DNA of 62,616 bases, the filler included, from Aduncisulcus paluster (taxonomy: Eukaryota): assembly GCA_024181965.1 (NCBI GenBank). It is 7 parts of 7 records of this genome, joined end to end, with 100 filler letters (N's around TTAATTAATTAA, not from the genome) between each part and the next. Parts side by side here need not be neighbours in the genome. Positions count along the whole stretch, not along the records: positions 9,569 to 24,185 come from BQXS01010902.1; positions 24,286 to 34,179 come from BQXS01010903.1; 5 more parts are not named here. One strand, written 5' to 3'. Shown here piece after piece: positions 11,790 through 24,692 of this stretch (within the stretch, counting starts at the first letter, position 1; every line of letters starts with the position of its first letter). The notes under the pieces are model-generated. The model was not told where the DNA came from. It made no database searches and saw only the letters and a program-made list of their open reading frames with translations. A program made the translations under genes and the position numbers.

Positions 11790-14700
11790 ATGACTTCTGA
11801 GACTCAACCCCTCTCAATTTTCCTTGAACTTGAGAAGAGAAAATATCCAGAGTATTTCTTCTCAATCCGATGTATCTGTGCTTTATAAGTCGTCTACTCA
11901 TCGTATTAAGGATATTTTTTCCAAGTACTCTTCCTCAGACTCTGAGATAAAAACCCATCGAGAAATTTTGACTCTTTGTTTCAAATGTTTATCTTTCTTC
12001 ATAAAACATGAAGCTATTCCCTCTGAATCCCTTGTTTCCGGTGATTCTCACAGTCCTGGTAAAACTGAGAATGTGGAAACCGTTATTCTTGATAATGCAA
12101 GTATCAAAGAGTTATTTGATACTTTTCTTGCTAATATGCTTCGTGTAGAGGTTGTATTAAGAAGCTCTGTTCTGTATGGTAAAAGAAGAGTATCTTCTGT
12201 TGTCTCACCCTCTGAAACCGAAGCAGTTGAAACTCTTGAAAAAGAAAAGGGCTATTATGGAGTGAACACCATTACAAAGAGTTTGTTTAAGATTGTTTTC
12301 GTCTCTTTATCCAATGTACCCTCCCTTGGCCGTGAAATCTTCCCCTTATTCTCTCCACTTCTCTCTGACATTCTTGCTATTGGCCTACGCGATGAATTTG
12401 ACCTCATTCATCCATCATATTCTTGGAATCATCGAATTTTTTTCTAATATTCAAGATGACTCCATCAAAGATTCCCTTTTATCTCTTCTTCTCCCTCATA
12501 TTCTGCCTTGGATGAAAAAATATTCAGACAAGCAGTACATGTCTTGGATGTCCATCTTTGAGTTTTTATCTTATGATAAAAATTGTGATCTTCCTCATGA
12601 AGGCCGTTGCTCACAACTTTGGTTCCTATTCCATCCTGTCTTGGATATTATCAAGAGTATCTCTTTCGAAGATAGTGTTGACATCTCCATTATGGAACAT
12701 TCCTTTGAATTCTTTGCCTGTCTCTCCTGTATTTCTGTCCGAGCCGTGCATATTTATGAAAATATAAAGGGTGAACTTCTCGATCGTTGGTTAACCTTTT
12801 TACAGGAAAACAAAGAAGATCAGGAACTTCTTTTTGATTATTTTTTTAGCCTTATTTCCATGCTTTCCACAGATCCAGTTCTTATTCCTCTCTTAAAGTC
12901 TCCTGAGTTCGAATATTCCCTTAAACTTTGTTCATTTACGGGTTATTTGCACTTTATTCGCAACTGTTATCCTGAGTTTATTAAATGGACTGAATTGATC
13001 TCCACTGTAAAGGCCTGTGATGATTCCGAGACCTTATCAAAACTCTACCATGAACATCGAACAGATATTCTCTCAGTTTTTACTGCTCTCAAGTCCCCAA
13101 CAACGATTCTTGCTCATAAAACGGAACTTGAACTTTGCTTTATTTGCTTGAAATTTCTCGCTGGCCATGATATTGATGGTGATTCCATCTCCCTCTCTTA
13201 TCCTGATTTCAATGATCTTATTGACACGTTCTTTGTGCATTTATCGAGCGTTGAAAATGTGTTGGAGAAGGTTGTTGATGAAGAGTATTGCTACATACTT
13301 TATGTGTGGTATTCACAAGTGGAAATTCCAATTGATCAATTGAATTCCCCGTTTTTTAAAGTGTCTCCAACCCTCCAACGTATTCTGAAAATAAGTATAA
13401 AAGAGATTTTGTGTGATGACATTTTGTCATCTTTATTGCTCATCTTTCAGCGATGTTCTGATTCTTCATCTTTGACAGTTAAAGTCGCTTTGTTTGACCT
13501 TTTTCAACCATATTTAAAAGATTGGTTGAGAGCTCATAGTTCAAGGAAAGAGATATCTGAATATCTTGGAGATTGGATGACAGTTCTTTCAAATTCCACC
13601 TACAATAACGAAATACTTCCTGGACCTCTTCCGAGATCTGAATTATCGCTTTATTCCAGAGCTTGGACAATATTCCAAGACACCATTCTTGACGTTATCA
13701 AAACTCAGTTTGTTGGAGAAAAGATTCTTGATAATCGCCATTTTTTTGCCCTTGGCCTTTTAGGCAACTTGAGCTTGGATCCAACTTGTACGGTTCAACT
13801 ATTTAATTCCATCGAAGATTTTATTGAACCCTGGTTTGAATTGATGATTAGAAAGAAGCATAGAAACGGAATGGACTTTTTGATGGTGATGATTGCTAGA
13901 TTATCATGCTATACTCCTTCAATCATTCCCCGTCTGGCCAAATTCGACCAATATATGCATTATAAACCAAATATCCCAGACTGGGAATTTGTTTATTCAC
14001 TTTACATTGAAAAATGTTTCCCTCCCTTAAAAAAATGGACCGAGTTAGCCTTTGAGATCCATGGTACCCCCATCCCTTGGTTTGTATCCACTCTATTCCA
14101 AAAACATAAAGAGTCCATTCTCTCAACGTTGCTACAACACCAATCGACAAGTCAAATTATGCAACACAAAAACGAGATAAAATTATGTTTCCAATGTCTC
14201 AGTCAGTTTGTTTGCCATGACACTATTGATGGTACGGAAGTGGCTCTCCCCCTATCTGATCTTAATGTTCTCATTAGCACATTCATTGGTCATCTATCAA
14301 GAATTACAGAGGTATTAAAAGGAGCTGTTGACGAAGAATATGTTGAAATTTGTCAGAAATATTTCGCTATCTCCGATAATAAGGGTGTAGATTCCTTATT
14401 TCCCAAGGTTGTCCCTATTTTACAACAGATTCTAGAGGGGGAAATGGACGAAGACTTCAACGCTAGTCTTATTTCCAACTTATTGCTGTGTTTCCGCGAA
14501 GTATCGAAATCGCCCTCTTTGGACACTCGATCTGATCTTATTACTGTTGTAAAACACGCCACAGATTGGATAAGCAAGTTCTCGATTGGTCACAGTGATT
14601 GGATGTATATCTTGTCACATGCAACATTTGATAATAGTCATCAAGAACCCACTGTATCGATTTGTGCTGAAGCTTGGTCCCTCTTTCCAGCTGTTCTTGA

Positions 14701-17035
14701 AATTGTTCAGGAGGAATTTGTCGGAGAGGATATTACAGAAGAAAACAATATTGAAGTTTTGCGATTTTTCAGTAATTTGTGCTGTGATCCAACTCACGCT
14801 CTTGAAGTTTACGCCGGGGTTAAAGACTTCCTCAGTGGATGGTTTGTATTGTTCAAAGATAAACAGTTTACCCATGGTATTTTGGCTTGGGCTAATCTCA
14901 TTTCTATGCTTTCCACTTGTCCTTCCCTTGTTCCTAATTTGTCCCCAAAATTTGACTCGGAAATGGAATATAGACACAAAAATGGTCCCATGAATGCTGA
15001 TTATACACGATTTATGTCCAATTGTCGCTCTTCTGTCAGTACTGTATCTTCGAAAACTATCTCGACGGTCCCTTCGATCATTGAAATATTGAGTGAATTA
15101 CCAAGGAAAATTCAATCATGCTCAAATTCTTTGTCTGTTTCAAATTTGTATCACGAATCTCGAAAATTTCTTCTCTCTGTTTTTCTTGATTCACCAACTA
15201 ACGATCTGATTGAGAAGAATTTGCCAAAGATTCTCCAAGTTTCTCAATGTTTAAATCTATTTGCTATTTCTGGGAAGAATCAATATTTTTCCATGGTCAA
15301 TCTCATTAATCTTGTTGGTATTTTTGTTCCACACATGTCCAGAGTTGTTAACTTAAATGATAGTATTGATAAAGAATATTGTTGGATTTGTATGAATTAT
15401 TCTTCCAAATTCGAGAAGTCTGACCAGAGTCCTCAAATTAGTGAACTCTTACCCAAAATTTCCTCAGCTTTGGATCATATTCTTCTGAGGGGAGAAAAAG
15501 CGCTATTGCCAGCAAATACTGCAATTCCTTTGTTACATACACTTAAGAACATCTCTAACATCAATAGTTCTTCCATTCGACGCTCCATTTTCACGCTGGC
15601 CAAACCTCATATTTCAAAATGGTTAAATAGTCATAGGGAATTAACTGCTGATTGGTTTTATTTTCTCGCTAAGGTAACATCATCTGGAGAAATGGATGCT
15701 CCAAACAAAGATATTTGCGCTGAAGCTTGGGATGTCTTTCGCCCTATTCTCGATGTTGTGTGGAAAGCTTATGTTGGAGATCAAATTTTTGAGAGTGATA
15801 TTTCCTTTTTTGTTATCCGATTCTTCTCCAATTTGTGTTGTAATGCCACTCATACTGTTGAAATCCATGAAAATATCAAATATCTTCTCAGTGGTTGGTT
15901 TGAAGCCATTAAGAAAGCGCATCAAAGAGAACCTTGTCAATTCTGGTCCAGGTTGATTTCAATGCTTGTAACTGTTCCATCTCTTGTTTCCCAGTTATCC
16001 CCTAAATTTGACGAAGATATTAAATGGTGCCATGGAAATGGGATGATGATGAGTGAAGATTATTCGAGATATTTGAGTTGTTGCGGTAGTTCTGTTAAAT
16101 CATGGTTCGATTTATGTTCTTCAATCAACAAATGTCCTGATTCCGAATCTACTTCGAAACTCTACCTGAAACATCGCCCAGCCTTGTTTTCATCCTTGGT
16201 TAAATTCCAATCAAAAAGTCAAATAGAGGAGCATAAACGTGAAATTATTCTATGTTGTCAGTGCTTGAAGTGGTTTGTTAGGCACACCTCCTTCAGTGGT
16301 GAAGTTTTCCTTCCCCTTTCTGAGCTTAATGATCTTTTCAGTGTTTTCATTGATCATTTATCCAGAATAGAGGAGGTATTGGGCGGAGAAATTGGCGACG
16401 AGTTTTGTTCAATTTGCATGTTTTACGCTTATATTACCCATAATTATGCAGCAGTTTTCAGCAGAACATCTCCCGCATTGAAAAGAATTTTGGAAAGGGG
16501 AAGTAAGCAAAGGTTGGAAGGTAAGTACTATATTTTGTTCATTAAAATCCTTGATTTAATATCTCGTTCGCCAATCATTTCTGTTAGATCAGCTCTCCTC
16601 TCTCTCATCAAACCATACCTCAAGGATTGGTTGAGAATTTATAAAAACAGTGATTGTTATGGAGATTGGATGTGTATTGTGTCCCATATCACAAGAGCAG
16701 ATAAAGAAGAAATACCTAACAAGGCCTTATGTGCCGAAGCGTGGCCTCTCTTCCGTCCTATCCTTGCTCTTGTCCAAAGAGAGTTTGTTGGAGAGAGGAT
16801 TGTTTTGGGTCAGTATTTTTATGTTTTACGATTCTTCTCCAATTTGTGTTGTGATGCAGCGCATGCCCTTACAATTCATAACAATGTGAAGGATTTATTA
16901 AGTGATTGGGTTAAAGCTATCCATGATGTGAAACACACTCAAGCGAACCAATATTTGGTTGAACTTACCTCAATGTTGGCCACGGTTCCATTCCTAATCA
17001 CCCTCCTCTCTCCCAAAACAACTGAAAAGGAATAA
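11790..17035 (+). CDS. Large alpha-solenoid (ARM/HEAT-like) protein of about five ~330-350-aa repeats; two frameshifts near the 5' end (~11835 and ~12400)
   Basis: Recurring motifs LCFxCLxxF, DWM.ILS, CAEAW.LF, VLRFFSNLCCD, LISMLST.PSL. ATG 11790 (MTSETQPLSIFLEL) joins ORF 11824 and then ORF 12293 through +1 shifts that restore the repeat consensus. Confidence 0.75.
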
Positions 17036-17371
17036 CCCTGGTTTTATTTGTTTTGTTTTTTTTACTTTCAAGAATAGATCTCTTTTTCTGATAAGATCTA
17101 TGAATTTGTATTTTTGTTTGTTTTTTTTGGATAATAGAAAATTGTTATTGCTCAGGTGTGCGATTAGTTGTTACTTGTTGTTTCTGATCATATTTGCTGT
17201 CATATCCAATTCTATTGGACTAAGTCCACTGGACTTTCTTGTCCAATTCTGATTGGCAATGCCAATGCATGATTATGATATTTGGAATTTGAAGTCAGAT
17301 GAATTGTTTGATATCGTCAAATCATGGTTCAAGTGAAAATAAAATGGAATTTAATTAACTATATCATAGAA

Positions 17372-17968
17372 TCACTCTTTATAATCTCTAAATACACCTT
17401 CAATATGAGCCAAAAGTCTATCTCTTTCTTTATCTTCTCGCTTTTGACGTAAATCGGATTTCTTTTCCCTCCATTCAGCCTCTGACATCAGAACACGAAT
17501 TCCATAGAGACATGGATGAAGTCCATCTCCTCTTTTTCTCCCCTCAATCTCAAATTTTACAACATTTTCGAGATCAACAGGTAAAAAAAACCATTCAAAT
17601 TTATCCACATGATGGAAAAGGTGATATTCCTTCTGTGATATTTGTTCATCGATGTGAGTGAAATTAATAATCATATTTTCGGGGATTGAATCAATGTGGG
17701 TACAAACATAAATCCCGGAAATAGAGCTTGGAGATATAATAGGGAGAGTTATAAGAGAATAACATACAGCTCCTTTACCCTTAAGCATTGAATGAATAAA
17801 AAATGTTGATAACTTTTCACGATACAAAACTATGGACTTTTTTACGTCTATTTTTACAATTTTAGGATCATCAAGGGTGAAAGGAGGATGACATCCTAGA
17901 GGCTCAGTACCTGGTAAATATTTCCAGGGACTGCATCCTTTCTTAATAAAAGTTGCTTGAATATTCAT
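17372..17968 (-). CDS. Stand-alone single copy of the ~190-aa domain found in the kinase family
   Basis: MLKGKGAVCYSLITLPIISPSSISGIYVC and KEY...FEWFFLPVDLENVVKFEIEGRK match MLKGE..V.LSHLSIPF.SPSPMKGAYICV and EWHFLPIDL.DVVLCEIEGKG of the kinase-linked copies. Confidence 0.75.
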   Translation of the reverse strand: MNIQATFIKKGCSPWKYLPGTEPLGCHPPFTLDDPKIVKIDVKKSIVLYREKLSTFFIHSMLKGKGAVCYSLITLPIISPSSISGIYVCTHIDSIPENMIINFTHIDEQISQKEYHLFHHVDKFEWFFLPVDLENVVKFEIEGRKRGDGLHPCLYGIRVLMSEAEWREKKSDLRQKREDKERDRLLAHIEGVFRDYKE

Positions 17969-18781
17969 CTAGAGAAACATTGATGTTATAGAAATTTGGA
18001 ACCGTGCCGAAAAAAGAAAAAAGATGTTAATTTTTGATACTCAAAGATAATTATGACATCATTGATTATTTCATACCATAACAAGATATTAATGTCAATA
18101 AGAACCAATTTTTTTTTTCATTATTCAGATAGCAGACTTCTACTGTTTTGTTTGCAGATCAACTTAAATTACGAGATTTATTAGCCTCAAATTGTCGAAT
18201 TCAGACAAGTATTTGCAAATATGTCTCAAAAATTTACTTGTTTTTTTTCGATTTTAGACGTATTCAAAGTTTCTTGACTCCATTGAGACCCAGTCAAACA
18301 TTCTAATAAGACCCTAAAGGAACAGATTGCATTGATTCTGTTTAGAAGTTTTTGTGGCAATATTCTAATATTTTTGTCAAATACTTCGAGAAATACATCA
18401 TGTGCAGAATCTGGATTTTAAATCCAGGATTTATTAATAAGGCCCATACTAATTTCTCGCGTTTACCAAGTAAGAAAACTCTAAAAATGATCAAAAATTT
18501 ATACTCACAAATGATAAGTTTGAAACTAGCACTTTTATTAATTGAAAAATCGGCAAAAAAAAAGTGATTGATAAAAAATATTTTGATGGTTGATTTTCAT
18601 TTAAGAGATATTTCAGCGAATAAATATTATATAAATATTATATTTAAAATATATAATTTTGATAGCGAGGGTTGAATTGTAAAATATTTTACAGAGAATC
18701 GACATAGATTGATATGAGTGTGAGATAAAAAGAATTCAAATTGATTTTTTGTTCTTCCATTTAATTGTTCATGATATATTT

Positions 18782-21700
18782 TCATATCATTTCACGCTTT
18801 TTACATCCAATACAGACCATTTTACATTTCCTTTTCTCTTCCTCTTCCTTCATCAACAAATCATTGACTCGTTGTTTGGATTTTCTGCTCGTGTACATGA
18901 AAATGATAAGCAAATCAATTCCAACCACAACCACAACAAATAGAATAAGCGTTGAATATGTTTGACCACAGTTATTCTCCCTAACATCACCACACCAACC
19001 AAGAGCTTTGTCAACACCACAAGCTGTGGCCAACTCACAGATGGATCCCTGCAAGTTGTGGGCACTGAATGGACAATCAAAATGATGGATGCTCATAACA
19101 TCTTGAATGCCATAAGAATCTATCCATCGGATAGCATCATAGAGTGGAACCACAGCGAGAACATTCTTCCATAGCGTATTATGATCAACATCAAACTTCC
19201 GAGAATTCAAATGCTGGCCAGGTTGAGAGAAAGTTACACTCCTGATATCTTGAGCAGCAGCAACCAAGGAAGCAATAAAGCCACCGAGACTGTGTCCAAC
19301 AACAATAACTTCTTCATCAGGACGCTGTTCTTTCACATATTGGACATATCTCTCTGTTTCTGCCTGATATATGCCACCATAACGTTGTCCAGACAAGATA
19401 TACTGAAGGAACCCTTCAATTTGGAAAGAAAATGCTCCAAAGTTTCTGTTCAGATCACGTGTCATGGGAGCAAATGGAACAAATGCATTGTATATCAAAC
19501 AATCAAAGAATATGATGACATCTTCAAATACATCCATCATATTCCAGGTCCCTCGAACAGAAACGACCGAAAGGTTGCGATCTGGGAAGTGGAAATCCAT
19601 CAAATATGCGATCTCAGGCTGAATATCACTGGGAACAGATTCATCAGTGCTGGGTTCAGTGAGAATTACATTCTCCGTTGAGAAGTATGAGTCTGTGATG
19701 GCCGTTGCATTCTGCATTGTCCGATAAGGTATCTCAGACAGCACAGCATAATCAACAATATTCAGCCAATCTGTGTTCTCCCCTGGGAGTGTAACGGTGC
19801 ATGTCGTATAATCATGATCTCCGTAACTCGAGGTGCTATAAGATCCATCAAGAGCAGAGAGATACGCAGATGAAGTAGATTTTATGGAACTTGATGAGGA
19901 AGTGTTCAAGGATTCAGAATGAACAGATTTTCTTGAACAACACAAGTTAACCTGCTCAAAGAGATAATCGTGTGCAGCCTTGACTTCACCGACAATGAGG
20001 AAATCTTTAGCCACAAATATGTTCTCTTCTTGGAGAGAATTCCCATCAATCCTTCTGTTCCCACTTCCTTGTAACAATTCTTCCTTCATTTCCCATACAA
20101 TATCTGTTATTCTCTCTAGCATCCTTTCTCTCTGGCGTTTTGTAGTGCCCGTAGTGTGAGTGAAAGTGTGGATAAGTGTATGTAAGCTTTCCACATGCGT
20201 GTGGGGAATGGGAAGAGAGAGATCAAGGGAAGGAGACGAATGATGAAGACCATCGTATGCATAAGAAGAAGACGATGAAGAGAATGAGGAATGGTCTATA
20301 TTTGTCGAGTGAGAAGAATATGTGTGTTCAGAATCACACAAAGGACAGTCAAGAGAGGGTGAACTGTGACTGTTGAATGAGAATAGAGAGGATGCAATAG
20401 CTGAGGATGAATCTGTTCTATCGGCTTTGGCAGCCTGCATAGCAAGCAAAAATATACTACAAGTGAATAACAGGCCCACCAATGAACACACGACAAGCAT
20501 AACTGCACTAACGAAGGCATTAATAGAAGGGTGCATCGCCAGAAGCTCTTCAAGAGGATTACCAAGCTGTTCGGCAGTTTCTTTGAATGTCTGGAGAGTA
20601 TTGAAAGAGAGAACCCCCGAACTTAATGATCCAGGCTCAACCTTCGATGTATTGGAGCTTTCTCCACTGAGAGTACTGGAATCTGAAGGAGAACTATGCA
20701 AGACAGCATCACGTTTAGTTGTATTCTCAACAGCAAGAGATACAGTAGTCTTCTTACCAACAGTTTCTTCAATAACCATATCCATACCAGACTTATCTTG
20801 ACTTCCAGCTTCCAAATGGCCAGAGGAAGGTCTTGGAGGCAATCTCCCATCCTTCCCGTCTGGAATACCAGGTCCATAGGTAACATGAAAGGAAGATGAA
20901 GAGAAGAGAGGAGAATTGGAACCTTCAGCAGACGATGAAGAAGAGATAGAGCTCCTCTGACTCACAGACCCAGTTTCAGATGATCTTCTAGCTGTGTCGG
21001 CAACAATACCAACATCTTCATCAGGCTTGTCAGCTGTGACAGGCTGTGATGCAACCTCGACACCAACCTCGAATACCACTTCTTGCTGTTGTTTTTCAGC
21101 TGTCTCATCAGTTGGAACCAGACTCAGAGGTTTCAAACTCATCGGAAGTGCTCGAGGAAGATGGCGACGAATAGAATCCATAGGATCACTCTCTTTCTCG
21201 GAAGAATCATGAGTTTCACCAGGGATATCCTCAATATCATCCCGAGTGGCACTGAGAGTTGCCAGGGAAGAATGCTGTGATATTGACATGAGTTTCTTAC
21301 GAAGAGCAATTTCTCCACTGGAATCTCTGGATTTTGTCAACTCTGGACGCTCTAAACGCATCTTATTGACATCGATAGCATCGTATATATGACCTTTAAC
21401 AAGTTCTCGTCGATTGCGCCTCTCCACTGTCCTCCTGTACCGTTCCATCTCTCCTTCTTCTCCCCAGAGGAATTCTTCACTGTCACACATCACGCAACCA
21501 CACACACAATCACAACCGGTATTTTCCCGGCCACAGGCGACGTGTGGAGGAACAGATCCTACGGCAACAGGTCTGATTCTAAATGGCTTAAAAGATGCAG
21601 AAATGAGGAAAATAATGGAAATCCAGATAAACATGAGTAATATAGACATTCCTACCTGGAAGGGAGTCTTAGTTTCTCTACTATCAGGATCACGAAGGAG

Positions 21701-22744
21701 GAATATAGAACCTATGATATACATCAAAAAGGTCAAGAAATAAGCAGCTATAAAGACGATAAAGGGAGTCGAACGGTATTTGAAGATAGCTTTAATAACT
21801 ATAGATAGTCTTGATCCGCAAGAATTACTGGAAGAAACGGGAGAGAAGTCATCGACAGTATTCTCGGCAGAAGCAGTCTGATTTCCATCATCAGTGCTAC
21901 AAGGCTCAGTTCCACAGATATAGGAACACTTCGGGGAACGTGGAGCAGATTCCTGAGCATCAGCAGGAATAATCGTGCTATCCGTGTCTCCAGCTGGAAG
22001 AGGAGCAGCTGTTGACTTCTTTGAGAACCACTTCACACTATTTCTAGAACTAGATGGAGCGCTCTTGCGGTTTTCGGCAAACTTCCTCCTCATTTTGATC
22101 CACCAACCCTCTCTTTTCTTCACGCTTTCATCGCCAAATTCAACTCCCTTTGAAACCAATTTAATACGTTTCACAGAGAATTCGATACATCTACCATACA
22201 GAACAACCATACTAATTAGACAGCAAACAGTAAAAGATAGTGAGATCATGATGGCAAGAGGTTTAGTGGTGTCCGTATGTTCATTTCCATAGTTTGAAAT
22301 GATGAAAAACAATCCAAAAAACAGACTGGCGAGGAACAAACAAAATTCTCCAGCAATAGCACGAAGAGAAACAATTGCAAGGCGACAACGCCAACAAAAT
22401 GTATAAACATAAACGAGCATCGCATAAGAAACATAATAAAATAGAGTAATGCACGTAAATACAACGGCAGGCACATTCAAAAAGTATGATAGAGCATTTT
22501 GGATAAAAACGATGGAAAACAAGGGAGATGTAATAATACTAAGGAGTAATAACATTAATAAGAATCCTGAAGTAATATATATCCATTGAAACATAAATAT
22601 AAGAGCTTTGATGAGTGTAAACGACATTTCCGTCCCTCTCTGATGTTGAACCTGACGAATTTGAGATGGAGTGTAAGTTTTAAGCCAAAGCTTTTTAAAC
22701 TTTTTCATTTGTTGCTCTTCATCCCACTCAAATATGCTGTTCAT
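18782..22744 (-). CDS. Multi-pass membrane protein with a C-terminal class-3 lipase (alpha/beta hydrolase) domain
   Basis: Several N-terminal hydrophobic helices; VVSVRGT and VVGHSLGG nucleophile elbow, SVTFSQPG, and a C-terminal TM segment. The likely start is the ATG at 22744. Confidence 0.85.
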   Translation of the reverse strand: MNSIFEWDEEQQMKKFKKLWLKTYTPSQIRQVQHQRGTEMSFTLIKALIFMFQWIYITSGFLLMLLLLSIITSPLFSIVFIQNALSYFLNVPAVVFTCITLFYYVSYAMLVYVYTFCWRCRLAIVSLRAIAGEFCLFLASLFFGLFFIISNYGNEHTDTTKPLAIMISLSFTVCCLISMVVLYGRCIEFSVKRIKLVSKGVEFGDESVKKREGWWIKMRRKFAENRKSAPSSSRNSVKWFSKKSTAAPLPAGDTDSTIIPADAQESAPRSPKCSYICGTEPCSTDDGNQTASAENTVDDFSPVSSSNSCGSRLSIVIKAIFKYRSTPFIVFIAAYFLTFLMYIIGSIFLLRDPDSRETKTPFQVGMSILLMFIWISIIFLISASFKPFRIRPVAVGSVPPHVACGRENTGCDCVCGCVMCDSEEFLWGEEGEMERYRRTVERRNRRELVKGHIYDAIDVNKMRLERPELTKSRDSSGEIALRKKLMSISQHSSLATLSATRDDIEDIPGETHDSSEKESDPMDSIRRHLPRALPMSLKPLSLVPTDETAEKQQQEVVFEVGVEVASQPVTADKPDEDVGIVADTARRSSETGSVSQRSSISSSSSAEGSNSPLFSSSSFHVTYGPGIPDGKDGRLPPRPSSGHLEAGSQDKSGMDMVIEETVGKKTTVSLAVENTTKRDAVLHSSPSDSSTLSGESSNTSKVEPGSLSSGVLSFNTLQTFKETAEQLGNPLEELLAMHPSINAFVSAVMLVVCSLVGLLFTCSIFLLAMQAAKADRTDSSSAIASSLFSFNSHSSPSLDCPLCDSEHTYSSHSTNIDHSSFSSSSSSYAYDGLHHSSPSLDLSLPIPHTHVESLHTLIHTFTHTTGTTKRQRERMLERITDIVWEMKEELLQGSGNRRIDGNSLQEENIFVAKDFLIVGEVKAAHDYLFEQVNLCCSRKSVHSESLNTSSSSSIKSTSSAYLSALDGSYSTSSYGDHDYTTCTVTLPGENTDWLNIVDYAVLSEIPYRTMQNATAITDSYFSTENVILTEPSTDESVPSDIQPEIAYLMDFHFPDRNLSVVSVRGTWNMMDVFEDVIIFFDCLIYNAFVPFAPMTRDLNRNFGAFSFQIEGFLQYILSGQRYGGIYQAETERYVQYVKEQRPDEEVIVVGHSLGGFIASLVAAAQDIRSVTFSQPGQHLNSRKFDVDHNTLWKNVLAVVPLYDAIRWIDSYGIQDVMSIHHFDCPFSAHNLQGSICELATACGVDKALGWCGDVRENNCGQTYSTLILFVVVVVGIDLLIIFMYTSRKSKQRVNDLLMKEEEEKRKCKMVCIGCKKREMI

Positions 22745-23058
22745 TGTATAAGTTATCAAAAACGTTGCTGAAGATCGAATCTATCCCCAACGTGAATCAC
22801 ATTGCCAATTTGGCGATTGAAAAGCTTTTTTATATAATTAGGGCATCGATTTTGTTTTTGGATTTTTGAATTAGATTCAATATTCATCTAGTTCGGTATT
22901 TCAAGGTGATATTATCTTAACTTCCAAACAAGTATGAATACATTGATATACAACATAATTTTGGAATTTATTTTAACTTTTATTATTCCCTACATCATTT
23001 TTAAATTCCTAGCACATCCTAAAACAATTTTGGATTTCGGACATCATTTTGCACAACA

Positions 23059-24185
23059 ATGTTGGATGAATCAAAGAAGTTACTTACGAGAATCGACGAT
23101 TTAAGAGAACTAGACATTCAAATTCTCGCAACAAAACAAATTTATACCTTTATTGAAGGATTTATCAATGCCAGAAAGAAAATTGAACATATCAGATTGA
23201 GTATAAATATTTCAAGGAATTTATCAAAGAAAACAATTAAACTCTTTTGTCAAGCTGCCTTTGAAATCAAATCTATTTTGTCATCTCTATCTTTTGATAT
23301 TGTGACTGTTTGTAGTCCTCGATTGGTTGAAAAGACCGATGCCATTGTCTCAAGCTTTATCCAATATGCCCTTAAAACAATTTCTTTTATTAGTTCCAAA
23401 TTTGGATCCATATTCCCTCCCGATTTTGTGTTTTGTTCAGCCCTCTTATCCCCTTTATGTAAGGATATTTTAGAAGTCTATTACCTTCTAGTCGAGTGTT
23501 CTAATATTCTTAAGGCCCCTAAAACTTTTGTTGCCCACTCATTTTGTGAGTTGTTAAAGATTAAAATTCTTGGTGATGCTTTTAGCAGCACAGCTGGTGA
23601 TATTGGTTCAATTAAATGGTTTATTCATAGCATGGATGTTATTAAACGTGGCTATTATGAATTATGCTCTTATCTTACCTCAGCTACTTTTTCAGCTACT
23701 TCCTGTCCAATTGAATGGATTCACCACTTTTGTTGGAGCATAAAAGAGATTATCAAGGACATTGTGTGTATTCAGTTCGCCGTTAATATGTGTTTCCTTC
23801 TTCTTCCTGAAAGTCATGCTATGTATTATTCGAAACGCCATTTCCCCCAGTTCCATCGCCTTTTATACAGAGGCAACAATTATTCCTCATCCCCTTCTTC
23901 CTCTAGAAGTCCTTCTTCAAAATCTAGTGTACCCCAAGATGATAGTGTGACCCAATTACATCTCTCTGACCGTCGACTATATATGGGACTCCCTCAGACC
24001 GGTTTACGTGCTCATCTTCTTAAAATATTCCAAGAACAGACCCCTGATCTAGCAGATACCTCATTAATAGCGACAGTACCTTCTCCCTTCGCTTCAGAAG
24101 CTCCTGTTGCTTCCTTATCGACGGTTAAAGATGCCCGTGATCCAGATTCAATGTATCAAACAACAGATTCAGAGAAAGATCAGGA
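23059..24185 (+). CDS. Hypothetical helical protein (3'-partial)
   Basis: Uninterrupted ORF of ~375 codons to the contig end. No family recognised. Confidence 0.65.
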
Positions 24186-24692
24186 NNNNNNNNNNNNNNN
24201 NNNNNNNNNNNNNNNNNNNNNNNNNNNNNTTAATTAATTAANNNNNNNNNNNNNNNNNNNNNNNNNNNNNNNNNNNNNNNNNNNNAGTACACTAATTTTT
24301 TTTAAGAATTCACTATATGATTCAAAGTCGGGAGTTATGGAAAAAAACATAGCCAGGAGTGTAATACCAAAGGGGAATCCAATATCTCGATAATAAGAAT
24401 TCGAAAATAGAATGATATTGATATATTCAACAATATAATCGTCTTCTTATTATTCAATAGGTAGTTTGGAATTTTCTATCTTCTTCTCATGTTTTGAAAA
24501 GAAATTCATTGTTTATTGTAAGTCTAGAATCATATATAAATGCCAATGATTTCATTTTATACAATACCATCTTATCTTTCTCGTCAATTGATTGTCCATG
24601 TTTTATTTTATTTTTCGGCTTGAAAATGACATCAAATTGTTGGACAATGTACATAAACCATGCATGGAATTACATGAATTGTTTAAATAAGA

